33,798 nt of DNA. Source: Octopus bimaculoides (lineage: Eukaryota). The notes beneath the pieces are model-generated. The model did no database searches, was not told the DNA's origin, and saw nothing but the letters and a program-made list of their open reading frames with translations. Location of the stretch: positions 63,658,187 through 63,691,984 of the forward strand of contig NC_068983.1 of NCBI RefSeq assembly GCF_001194135.2. The letters run 5' to 3'. The position numbers were made by a program, and so were the translations under genes. Each line of letters begins with the position of its first letter. Position 1 is the first letter of the stretch. This document shows, piece after piece, positions 1 through 11,230 of the stretch.

Positions 1-32
<32 letters not shown>
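1..32. repeat. (TA)n microsatellite, truncated by the window edge
   Basis: Pure TA run seen directly. Confidence 0.99.
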
Positions 33-37
<5 letters not shown>

Positions 38-196
38 GAATATATATAAAAGACGAAGACAAGTCCGGGGAAAAACAAGCAAGTGTACTAGTTCCGCGAT
101 CAGGAAGAATGGAAAAGTCTCTGACGTTTCGAGCCTACGCTCTTCGACAGAAAGAAAAGACAGGAAAGAAAATAGAGAGGGAAAAAGAATTGTGTA
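33..196 (-). mobile_element. Probable Penelope-like element terminal-repeat fragment between two microsatellites
   Basis: Carries a minimal hammerhead-like motif ending GAAAC-GUC. Penelope-like elements are known to carry minimal HHRs in their terminal repeats. Family assignment is inference. Confidence 0.4.
119..154 (-). ncRNA. Minimal type-I hammerhead ribozyme-like motif (core variant CUGUCGA)
   Basis: Minus strand reads CUUU-CUGUCGA-A-GAGC-GUAG-GCUC-GAAAC-GUC-AGAG: stem I CUUU/AGAG (one G-U), stem II GAGC/GCUC with tetraloop, palindromic ACGU stem III, GUC cleavage triplet. One core mismatch (A6->U). Confidence 0.5.
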
Positions 197-240
197 ATGT
201 ATGTATGTATGTATGTATGTATGTATGTATGCATGCATGT
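197..240. repeat. (ATGT)n microsatellite
   Basis: Seen directly. Confidence 0.97.
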
Positions 241-1249
241 ATTTAAAACCGACTTTAAGCTGTGGTTATTATCTTATATTTGATGAGAGCATTATTTACG
301 TTTCATAAATGCTCGTTTCCAGAAGCAGCTATTCTGCTTTCATACTACGTATAAGTCTGCATACAATATAACCATTCTATTTAAGATAGTAGTGTATGAT
401 CTGAGCGATGTACAGCTGCAGTTTCTTGCGGGTCGGGTGACCTGGTAAATTGGTCTTCATTTTTGGGTTAATATTATTTATATTGTATAATTGTCCCAGA
501 ATTAATTCTCGAATATTTATGTGCTTGTAATTGCTAAGTCTCAGGTTACCCCTTAATGAAGCCTTCATTACCTAATACCATCAAACCGTGATCATACTGT
601 CCTTCTGATGAGTAATGCATATCTAGGACTATTTTATCTAAGACGATCTTTAAAAGGGCATGTGGGTGTGATTTGAGGGATGTGTGGTTGCTGATTCTAG
701 CATGTCGGGAACTATATTGTCGCTTCTTTCGTTTGCCTTAATATTGTTTTCAAGTCAAACATAAATTCTATATATATATATATATAAGCTAATTAAACAA
801 TCTGTAGTTGTGCAATTTTCACGCCGATCACCGTATCGACTCGTTTTATGTTGAATGTGATTTCTTTTAAATTCTGAAGATAGAAAATATTTGATACACT
901 TCGGAATGGTGAGAGTCTGTGTCAGCAAAGATTAGCGTATAAGCGAGTTCATAAGCAGTTTGATAAAATTAATTGATGCGAACAGGGACAAGTGAAACGT
1001 TTCTATCCCTTACTTTTCGTTTGAGGGCAAGGCCACCAAAGGCACCGCCAATATCTTTCTTAATCAACTCTGGGGTGAAAGCAACGATCTAAGACTAGTG
1101 TTACTTCCTCTTCACAGAAACTGAACTTAGCGAACTCTTCAAGAAAATATTGGATTTTACAAACGATCTTTTTGTTCTCTGTTCTTCACGCGCGATTGAT
1201 GTTCAGAATCAACTCAACGAGAATATTCAAAAGTTTTCGTTGGATGTTG

Positions 1250-1903
1250 ATGAAGTAGTGGAAAGGACAATAATATTGGTGGTGGTGGTGGTGATAATGG
1301 TGGCGATTGTAATAGTAGATTGGATAGTGACAATGCCAGTATTAGTAGTAAGAGTGGTGATCCTCATGGTTATGGTGGTGGTCGTGTCATTCACGTCAAT
1401 GATGATACTTGTTACGATAGTGTGAAGGGTAGGGTTTATGCTAGTGATAGCAGTGAATTTGGTAGTAGAAGATATATTAGTGCTGGTCATAAAACTAGCA
1501 ATTGTAACAGTGATTTTGGTTATTTTGATTGTGACAGTGATAGTAATAATGGTGGATGTAATATCAGATACGTCGGCGATAGCTGTGGTGGTGAATGGTG
1601 GATGTGGTAGTTTTGGTCGTCATTGTCGTGGTTGTGGTTGTGAAAGTTAGTGGAGTTTTCATGATAACAGTAAAGGTGAAACTATTAGTGGCTGTGTTAA
1701 ACTAATGTTGGTTGGATTAGCTTTCATGCTAGTGATAGTAAGAATAGTATTGGCGATGGTGTGATAATGATTGGTGAGATGTCATTGGTTTGTGTGGTAG
1801 TAGCAGTAGGGTAGTCGGTGTATTGGTGTTGGGAATGGAAGTCGGTGCGGTAGTGAATTTTGTGATAGCGGTTGGCAAAGAAATTAGCGCAGTTGATATA
1901 CTG

Positions 1904-1982
<79 letters not shown>

Positions 1983-3100
1983 CATCATCATTATTAATAT
2001 TATTATTATTATTAGTAGTAGTAGTGGTGGTGGTGGTGGTGGTGATGGTAGTAGTAGTAGTGGCGGTGGTGGTGGTGGTGGTGGTGGTAGTAGTAGTAGT
2101 GGTGGTGGTGTTGGTGGTGGTGGTGATAGTGATAGTAGATGTAGTAGTAGTAGTAGAAGAAATGAATATTGTGGTATTGCTTGGGTGTGGGAGTAGGCGT
2201 GAGGGTATTGGTGGTGTTGTGGCAATGTTTAGTTAATAGCATAGTAGAAGGGTGTGAATGTGGTGGCATTGGCAGAAGTGGTCATTAGTGATTTTAGTTG
2301 TGGTGGTAATAGTATTAATTTACGAGGAGGTGGTTGGAGTGCTGATTATAATGATTGAAGTGAGGATTGGGGTAGGAGTGATGATTAGTGGCAGGAATTT
2401 GTGTGGTTGGTTGTGATGACCTTATTGCTGATGGGTGGTGATAGTTATTATCAGAGGTGTGTTTGTGTTTTGTGCAGTTATAGTGGTCATGCTGGTGGTA
2501 ATGGTTGGAGTAGTTAGTTTGATAGGGGGTGGTCATGGTGATACGGTGCTGGCTGTAGTGTAACTTGTGATGTGTGTTTGTGGTGGTAGCAATAATGATA
2601 AAGATGATGATGATGGTCGTGGTAGTGGTTTCTGGGGAGTGGTGTTGGTTGTGGTGTTTGTTGTGCTTATGATAGTTAATATGGCAGTGGTGGTGGTAGT
2701 GGTTAGTGTGCTAGTGATATTCTTAGTATTCTTCGTGATTGATGATGGTGATCGGTGTGGCATAGTATTGTCGTGGCTGGAATAGCTAACGTCGATCGCG
2801 AACACGATAGTGATTGTGGGCCGCATGGTGCAGGTTAACACATTTGAAGCGACTGTGGTGGTTTGTATGTTAGAGATGGTCCTCGTAGCACGGTTTGTTT
2901 CTTGTGAGGTCGATGGCGCTTGCAGCAGTAAAGGCAGTCATTAACATGATGTGAGCGGTGCAGAGTTGGTTGACGTAATTATGGTGAGTGCGGTGGTGTT
3001 TGATGTAGCAATGGTGATAGTAGCGGTAAAAGAGTAGTAGCTGGGGTTGTACAGCAGGTTGGTGAGATAGTTGTGATGGTGGTGGTGGTGCTTAATGTGA
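1250..3100. repeat. ~1.9 kb cryptically simple G+T-skewed region of degenerate GTG/GTA/GAT triplets
   Basis: Continuous GTG/GGT/GTA/GAT motifs; ORFs in several frames on both strands translate to poly-V, poly-T or poly-H. Confidence 0.9.
1905..1982. repeat. (TAT)n trinucleotide microsatellite, followed by CAT, GTA and GTG blocks
   Basis: Seen directly. Confidence 0.99.
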
Positions 3101-3254
3101 CTGGGTCTATCATTACTACGACGTTTGATACATTATTGTAATGAATACGATAAAAATATTGAGGAAACCAACGCATTCTAAATGTCTTCTAGCAATTATG
3201 TTTAATGGAAAAATAGTTTTGACAGTATAGCCTCAGATAGATGATAATTTGGTC

Positions 3255-3960
<706 letters not shown>

Positions 3961-4515
3961 TATACACACCTGTCTGATTTCTTACCACTTACCTTCCTAG
4001 TGAGCTACCTATCTATATGTATATATGGTTATTAATAAATACATTCGTTGATTCATACATACACACACAGATAGATTCATATATAAACATGCATAAATGT
4101 ATGCACTCATAGAAATCGACATTCAAAATCACATGGGTAATTACATAAGTATACCTGTATATTTGTAGGTAATTAAATACAAAATTCATACACTGATAGT
4201 CACACGTGCGCAAACATATGTGTTATCTCACGTTGCTTGTGTGTGTTACATAGAGGTACATACAATCAAATATAAACTGTTGCATGGTCACATCGTCTCT
4301 GACTAAAGTTTCAAACTTCTTTAGTAAGAAACGTTATTGCGGAGAATGTTCTCCCTAAGGTAGCATGGCGGAAATGGAAAACAATCCCGTCGAGGGTGAA
4401 TGAACATAGGGAAGACAACTGCTATCATATACTATGTAATTATGCATGTCCCTGCATATACGTGCGTATGCATATGTGTACATGTTCATATTTCGTTTAA
4501 ATGAGGAAGAAATAA

Positions 4516-5800
4516 ATGAAAACAACCTATAATGGTTTCATCTGTCTTCAGAAGAAAGCTACTCAAACCGCAATTACCTGGCGTTGTGAAGTGAAAGGTT
4601 ACAAAGGACAGTCGAGTACCTCACTGGAATACGAAAAAGATAGAAATTGCACTGAGAAAGAACATTCGCATGCTCCCGAACCTGTAAAAGTCGGCAAGAA
4701 AAAAGTTAAAGAAAATGTCTGGAAAGCTGCTGTAACAACACATGATCCACCGAGACGTATACTCCAAAATGCCATTGCTGGTGTACCATACAGACTTGCT
4801 GCAAAGATTGGATCAGGAGCAAAATTAAAACATACCGTATCTAGGAGGCGAAGAGCTATGGGGAACTACCTTCCATCCCCCAAACAAGTGCATCCATCCT
4901 CATTCGGGAATCCCTGCGGTCTACTTTCATGGGCGATAATTTTATTCTCCATGACGGTAGTATAAGTGATGAGAAAAGGATAATAATTTTTGGCACTAAT
5001 GAAAGTCTTACCTGGCTGAGAGTGAATCGTCAATGGTTAGCTGACAGAACTGTCAAAACGGATACAAGCATTTTCCTAAAAAAAATTTTCCATTGCATGC
5101 CTTGATAAAGGTAAGTGTAATACCTTTATTTACGAATACACGTGAAGAAAGTTACACAGCAATATTCACCAAGCTGAAGGAACAAGAGCCTTTGTTAGAT
5201 CCTATCTCTGTCTTAAGAGAATTCGAAATTGCTTCAAGAAATACAATAACACGTGCATTCCGTGCTCAAGCATAGCAGAATGCTTCTTCCATTTGCACAG
5301 CATTTCTCCTTACAGACGATGTCACAGCAGGGTTTCAAACCGTACGTGAGTTGGAAAATAATAAAGATCCTGTCATTATTTTCGATTATTTCAAAGAAAA
5401 ATATATTGGCCACCCATTGGCAAACAACCGTAGAAGAAAACCTAAATTTCCAATATAATTGTGCAACGTTTTTAGCACGCTTAACATAAATCCCCTGTGA
5501 ACAAATAATGCTGTAGAAGAGTGGCACACTGCTTTCTAAGGCAGTCTATTTTGTAGTCCCCCGACAGTGTGGCTCTTAATGGTAGCTTTACAAAGGGAAG
5601 AGAGACTACAAAGGCTGAAATATTTTGGAATTTGTTCAGGAGAACATGCACTAAAGAGAGTCTGGAGCAGAAATAATTTTATGATCATTAAAATGAAATT
5701 TGCTCTTTGGTCTGATGTATGTGTGTCATAGTACAGACAAATCATATATCCAAGAAGTTAGACATTTATCACAAAGTCTTAGGTCTTAAAGTTTCATAAA
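4516..5800 (+). mobile_element. Decayed Mutator-like (MULE) transposase with N-terminal FLYWCH-type zinc finger
   Basis: ORF 4516-4965 has YNGF...ITWRC...EHSHAP (FLYWCH-like). Across frameshifts and stops it continues RIIIFGT..L..L..WLADRTVK (about 4976-5057; consensus W.ADGTFK), LREFEIA (DFE motif), CFFHL (5281-5295), AFL.DDV..GF..DYF, and TNNAVEEWH (5501-5527; consensus TNN.VEGWH). Confidence 0.9.
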
Positions 5801-5849
5801 TATTATAAATAAACTTTATGCTGGTTGTTCAATTTTCTTCAAGGAACAA

Positions 5850-7150
5850 AATGCTATGACGTATATGAAGGCAAGCAGGGAAACAGGTGAGCCGGTGTCT
5901 CTTCCACAGCACTCAGATGATTAAACTTTGCTATTGGGAGCAAAAAAATACACTAAAAAGCTTATGACAATATTGCTTGGTTTACAAAAAGGCGTTTGAC
6001 CCTCTTTTTTCCTCATGTTTCACGAATTCGCTTCATTTAATAAATGCATCTGTTACCTTAATTATAATAGTTATATTGAAAGGCTTACAAGGAAACAACA
6101 TTTTTATAAAGATTTTTGGTTGATATAAGATGGAATTTCGCACAAGGAAATGTTCATACTTCAAAACAGGAAGAGCAAAAACATTTTTCAAACGAAAACA
6201 ATCACCTTAATGGTCTTTTTCCACCTTTGTTACTTGCAACGAGTGCTATTAATGCCTATGTATCGACGGAAATGTATCATATGAAGGTGCCCTGAGCAAA
6301 GACAGAGCGATTAAAGAGACTGTACAATACTTTGAAAACCAAAACAGGGAAATCTTTTCTCTTACAAGAAAGCAATATCTTAGAAATTATTTACAATACA
6401 AGTTTTAACATCTGCAATTACAGGTCAAAATAACTTGATTCTGAGATCAAATACAAGCTTCCACACAAAAGATGATTTGGTATACTGGATCATAAAAAGA
6501 AAAAAATACCTAGAAAAGAAAACGAACTTAGATGCTGAAGATCAGTTCAGAAAGACTTCCAGTGTCATCTAGTGTTCCTATAAACAGAACCGTTAAAAAT
6601 AGGAGCAAAATTATTTTAACTAAGTGCTTAAAAGTCGAAGATGTAATACCTTATATATATCAGGATTCTAAAGAAACATTCGTTTCGTGATGATGATCCA
6701 TACAACACCAAAACTGATAGGTGAACATATGCAGCAAATATCCGGAAGGGAAATAGTCAGCGTCCTAACTAGTTTGCATGCGGATGACTTTAGGAAACTT
6801 GGGAATGTTGCGAATATCGACAACAAGTGTAGCTCTTATTAGACTTGTGATCATAACATCATGTTAGACTTATAAAATAACGTTTTACAATTCAAGAACA
6901 ATGTATAGTTGAAAATTATTTCTCGAAAAGAACTGAAAAGAAGCAACCGAAATGGTAATAATATCACATATCCGTAGAAGAACATTCAGAAATGTAATGA
7001 GAAACTGTCAGAGATTGTCATCAAGACATTACTTTTATTATGATGTATGACGTTGCCAAAACCATTTGCAGAAAGAATTGCTCAAGGAAAAATTTTTTAA
7101 TGCTTTTATGTGAAATATAACCACTCAATATATCGATTTTTGTCTGAAAA
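5850..7150 (+). mobile_element. Heavily decayed hAT-superfamily transposase remnant
   Basis: Motifs in hAT order across frameshifts: YDNIAWFTKRRLTLFFPH then CFTNSLHLI (about 5960-6040; cf. DN.A.M.KA..L..FP..C.AHSL.L), DIRWN (about 6122-6137; cf. TRWN), and KLSEIVIKTL...AER...RFLSEN (about 7000-7150; cf. dimerisation domain). Read by eye only. Confidence 0.5.
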
Positions 7151-7585
7151 TAAATGTACTACTGAGGGGATCAGCTAGATATCACATGTGAACACTGCAT
7201 TCGAAATCAATGAGAAGCAGAAAATGTAGACTGAAGGTAGAAATATTCTACTGAGATTCTAAGCATACATGTGCATTAATGACCCTCTGTTCTATAATAA
7301 TCTATGTCCGTATCTGTAATCATTTGCACCTTTTGTCATTTGTGCCCATAATCATGCATAATATTAATAAGTGATTGTCATCAAATTATGCCAGGTCTTC
7401 TAAATATGGAATTTTCAAGTAAAATAACGAGGCCATATATAAATTATCCTGTTCGTTCGAGTTGTAGACATAATAATGCAGCTAAGCAAAAAATTGCCTT
7501 AAATTCTAGATGTAACTATACTTTAAGTGTAAACTAAACGTCGAAATAAGGCATTCTGTAAGAACAAGTTAAAGAATTAGAGTAG

Positions 7586-7621
7586 AGAAACACACACACA
7601 CACACACGCGCATGCACACAA

Positions 7622-7704
<83 letters not shown>

Positions 7705-7790
7705 TACACACACACAAACACACACACACATACACACACACACAAACACACACGCACACCCACATACACAAAAGTATATATGTTTGCATA
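7586..7790. repeat. (CA)n microsatellite with degenerate flanks
   Basis: Seen directly. Confidence 0.98.
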
Positions 7791-8338
7791 TGCGTGTGCA
7801 TGTGAGCATGTTTTTCACAATTACACATATGCAAGCATACTTTCATATATACATATAAAATACATGCATGCATATATACCTACAACATACAGCGATCATA
7901 TATACGTACATAGAAAGTCACTCAATATAAATAGGTGTATTTTTGGAGCGAAAACTATTACTGAAACCGTGAGGACTACAAACTGAATCATTAATTCGCA
8001 ACAATCAGAGCAGATAAATAAATTATTCTTCTGACCACATTCAATGCAATAAAAAATCAAACAATTATTCGAAGTTGCATTGATTTTCTCGTCAAACTTT
8101 GGTTCGCTAAGCAAAGATTTGCAAGAAACATTCCTTCTACTTATTCATTTAAATGTAAAGTATATTTTTCGAGGAGTCAGTAATTTATATTATGTCTAAT
8201 GTACTCTCTATAAAATGTTTTGAAAAAAGAATCACTGTTGTGTATATGAACAAAAGAAAAATATACTAGGAAGAATTACACCCAGAGTAAAATTTATTTC
8301 ATAACAAAACAATTACTTCAATACTTCAACCAGAAAAA

Positions 8339-8510
8339 CGGCAGCAGAGTCGTTGCCACACCGGGAACAATGCATAACAGCATTTCGTCCATTTTTCCGT
8401 TCAGAGTTCAAATTCCTGCAAGATTAGCTTTGCCATTCGTCTTTTCGGGTCGATGTCGATGTAATCGACTTACCTACTCCCTCGAAATTACTGGCCTTGT
8501 GCTAAAATAA
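8339..8510 (+). mobile_element. SINE family A copy (internally deleted)
   Basis: Shares GAGTTCAAATTCC...CTTTGCC...GGGTCGAT...GTAATCGACTT...GGCCTTGTGC with reverse-complement copies at 10640, 22100 and 23929 in this window. Confidence 0.85.
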
Positions 8511-8685
8511 TATTATCTGAAAGCAAATGAAGGGTTGTAATTTACACGTAAATGTGTCGATTACAATGGTATTCTTAAAACTGTAAATAACGCGCAATTA
8601 ATAATATGCGAACCAAGCGTACTCCTAGGACATACGTGTCTATAACAAAGTTGATGCCACGTATCACGACACATCATATTCTTAC

Positions 8686-8785
8686 AGCTATTATGATAGA
8701 TTGCATTAAGGGTAGCCTCTGCACCAAGATGTATCGGATCCTTAATAACTGATATATGCGTTAGAAAATCGTTCTTTTGAAATAT
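8686..8785 (-). CDS. Candidate isolated internal exon (100 nt, phase 0 to 1)
   Basis: Acceptor CCCCTTTCTTCAG|, donor |GTAAGA; only one frame is open: IFQKNDFLTHISVIKDPIHLGAEATLNAIYHNS. No recognisable family. Confidence 0.25.
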
Positions 8786-8830
8786 CTGAAGAAAGGGGTT
8801 TTTAAAACCCTCATTACCTTGCTACATGAC

Positions 8831-8999
8831 TACTAGCGTAGTTTGGAATGGGGGTTGCAGGAGCGGTCCGTCTTGGGCGGGACTTTTTAAAGAGGCCTCT
8901 GTTTTAGGTCTGCTGTAGGCAATATGCGTTTTTTTGTGGGGTCCAGGGGAGGCAAGCGGAAGGGCCTTCCGGGCGGCACACACTCTAGCTACGCTAGTG
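8831..8999. mobile_element. 169-bp non-autonomous hAT-type MITE with TIRs and 8-bp TSD
   Basis: TIR ACTAGCGTAG (8832-8841) / CTACGCTAGT (8989-8998); flanks TACATGAC (8823-8830) and TACGTGAC (9000-9007) match 7/8; GC-rich interior in an AT-rich context. Confidence 0.85.
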
Positions 9000-9189
9000 T
9001 ACGTGACAGGCTATCTTTAGTATTACTGGTAGAAAACTCAATGGAGTGAAGTTTGCAGTGATTATCGACGTTGACTGTGTATGTAAATATTTGCAACTGA
9101 GTACTGAACAAAAATTTACCACTAAATTGTACCTTGAAAACACTAAATACATGAAAAACTGTCAAACAATAAAAAGATAAAAATAATGA

Positions 9190-10150
9190 TATCATGGATT
9201 TAGAAAACAGAAAAAGGTTGATGATTGTATGGAAGACAATAAGTTAGGTTATGATGTTAATTTACAAAAAGACAAATCATTACACTTCTCACCCAAAAAT
9301 GTGAAGAAGACCCGGAGCAATGTTCAGAGAAACAACATTTATAGAAAGTAAAAAGAGAGGACTGGAGTCCAGATTAATCAGTATCGAGCAGGAGTTGAAA
9401 ATTGAAATAGAATAGCTAAGGGGGAATTCGATCGACAACCATCAACACAGTGGTGAAAGTTAATAAAAATGATAGATGCTCCATCTCAAGAAGAAACGAA
9501 TTCATTCCGAAGAAAAATTTTGTGTGAATGGCTAAAAGTAATCCGAAAGAGAAATTGTTCTTGCGTTATAGCAAAAACATACAGTATCAGTACAACAACT
9601 CTGGGGGCGTGATAGAAAAGTTTCATGATATCCCTGGAAGAGACAGTAACGCAACAAACATATTGCCAACGAAAAGTTTACAAGATCATATATTTTATCC
9701 AGATGTTATATTCCTTGGCTACGAAACTAGTTTCAAATTTCTGTCATAAATGTATTTCCATCCTCTCTATCTACTTGTACTATTTATCCTTATACCTCAG
9801 AATAACAGTCAACCCATTGATAGAGATATCGCCAGAAAGACTTGTACTTTGCAATCTTTTTATAATTAGAAGCGAAAATCAATCTAGGCCATGCTCCATC
9901 CTTATGTAAATGATTGAACTTCGGCTGTACAAAATGTACAGAAATTATAAAGCACTTTATGAAAGTAGAAAAGCAAAACTCTACCTACAGTATGTAGAAA
10001 ACCCCAAAGGTATTTCAGTTGTGATTTTCCTGTGTTTTCTCAGAAATACCATATCCAATAATGTACTTTATTTTTGTAATCCAATTGGAACTTACATTCT
10101 TTTAGGAGAGGTAGATCTTACTTATAGGTCATTTATGTCTACGAGCAATT
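9190..10150 (+). mobile_element. Decayed mariner (Tc1/mariner DD34D-type) transposase
   Basis: Motifs in order across frameshifts: NRIAKGE (cf. RIVTGDE), STQW...RKILCEW (cf. KKVMLCVWW), GVI...PG/ETVTQQTYCQR (cf. GVI..PGETVN..YCQQL), ENQSRPC (cf. DNARPH), FSCDFPVF (cf. APCDF.LF). Confidence 0.65.
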
Positions 10151-10308
10151 TTCCATTATAGGTAATCAAACTCACTTTGTTATTTCTGTTTAGGCCTTTT
10201 CATCTTGATTCAAGGTTTTTTTTCTAGTTGTGACCAACGCTCTACCAAAAGCATCCATTATTTTTCCTAAAATACTTGAGTGTGGGTAATGTTTTCTCCT
10301 CCTTGAAG

Positions 10309-10417
10309 TAAATGAAGCAACTAAATCCGCATTTCCACATTCAGTGATGGCACTGCGTGTTGAATGTTTAAATCTTTTGATTACGCTGTTATATGAATAT
10401 CACTTGCATGTGTACAG
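10309..10417 (+). other. Candidate exon (109 nt) of a + strand spliced transcript
   Basis: Acceptor TTTTCTCCTCCTTGAAG|, donor CAG|GTATTT; single open frame NEATKSAFPHSVMALRVECLNLLITLLYEYHLHVY. Confidence 0.25.
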
Positions 10418-10639
10418 GTATTTTCAAATTTGGTGAATGCTTTTATACGAAGAACGGATTTGTTTTGAAACTCGGTTATCCGTTTCATAAACCGAGTTGT
10501 ATATTTCTGCTGAAACGTGTCTCACAGGTTCTCCATAGATATATGCAATTTAAATATCACTATAGTGAATGGATAATGGTTTCTAATATAGGCACAAAGC
10601 CAGAAATTTTAAAGGAAGGCGATTAGTCGATAATATTGA

Positions 10640-10800
10640 TCTTAGTACTTGATTGGTACTTTATTTTATTGCTGCTAGTACTTCAATAGTACTTTATTCT
10701 ATCAACCACTGAAAGTTGAAAAAAAAAAAATAGTTTATCGCCGCAGAAATTTATTTTAGAATATAAAGATCCAGAACAAATGCCTCCAGGCATTGGCTCG
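10640..10800 (-). mobile_element. SINE family A, diverged copy with short tandem duplication
   Basis: GTACTT..ATCAACC..GAAA....AATTT..AGAATATAAAGA aligns by eye with the 23929-24102 copy. Confidence 0.6.
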
Positions 10801-10964
10801 ATGTTTTCCCTACATCGTGTTTGTCTAATTCAGCCCTGATTAAGCAGATCTCGATCAAAATTTATTACAGATATTACAAATAAAAGACTAAAGTATTCAA
10901 AATATCTTATTTTTAAGAAGGCAGTGTATGATATGAGGTAGAATTTAAGTGCTATTTCTTGCAG

Positions 10965-11033
10965 ATCATCGGCTCGGTATAAATATTCTTTGCCTTCAGG
11001 CTCATGACATGGAAGCTCATCGACATCTCCAAG
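10965..11033 (+). other. Candidate exon (69 nt), possibly 5' UTR
   Basis: Acceptor GCTATTTCTTGCAG|, donor AAG|GTACTT; phase-1 frame open (HRLGINILCLQAHDMEAHRHLQ). Confidence 0.25.
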
Positions 11034-11109
11034 GTACTTAGTATAAGATACTGCACAAGACGAGGTGTCAGTCCGGCGCACAGTTACCTACCATTTACCA
11101 CTGGGACTA

Positions 11110-11230
11110 ATTGTCAAATAAGTGTACTGGAGTAACATGAAGTGAAGCGCCTTGCTGAAGCACAAAGGGCGCTGACCGTTTTAAGTATCAAGCCAAGGAC
11201 CTAACAGTCGTGAGACCTAACCATTAGACC
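11110..11230 (-). mobile_element. SINE family B (tRNA-derived head), diverged copy
   Basis: TGTACTGGAGTAACATGAAGTGAAGCGCCTTGCTGAAG resembles the reverse complement of 20481-20525; ends in CCTAACCATTAG, the A-box region reversed. Confidence 0.6.

Noticed and set aside
280-320. TGATGA followed by a GAGCATT/AATGCTC hairpin, resembling a second hammerhead
   Set aside because: No C3 and no GAAA after the stem (reads GTTT).
377-568. Minus ORF with PGHP..LQLYI, vaguely like a LINE endonuclease C-terminus
   Set aside because: A single short motif; too weak to call.
605-640. CTGATGA hammerhead core
   Set aside because: No stem II or GAAA follows.
6590-6750. CARD-like phrase (RSKIILTKCLKVEDVIPYIYQ)
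   Set aside because: Lies inside the hAT-like remnant, which explains the region better.
8786-8815. CTGAAGA plus AGGGGTTT/AAAACCCT hairpin
   Set aside because: Followed by CATT, not GAAA.
9480-9750. Initial R4/Dong-like reading (PSQEETNSF)
   Set aside because: Flanking motifs fit mariner in the correct order much better.
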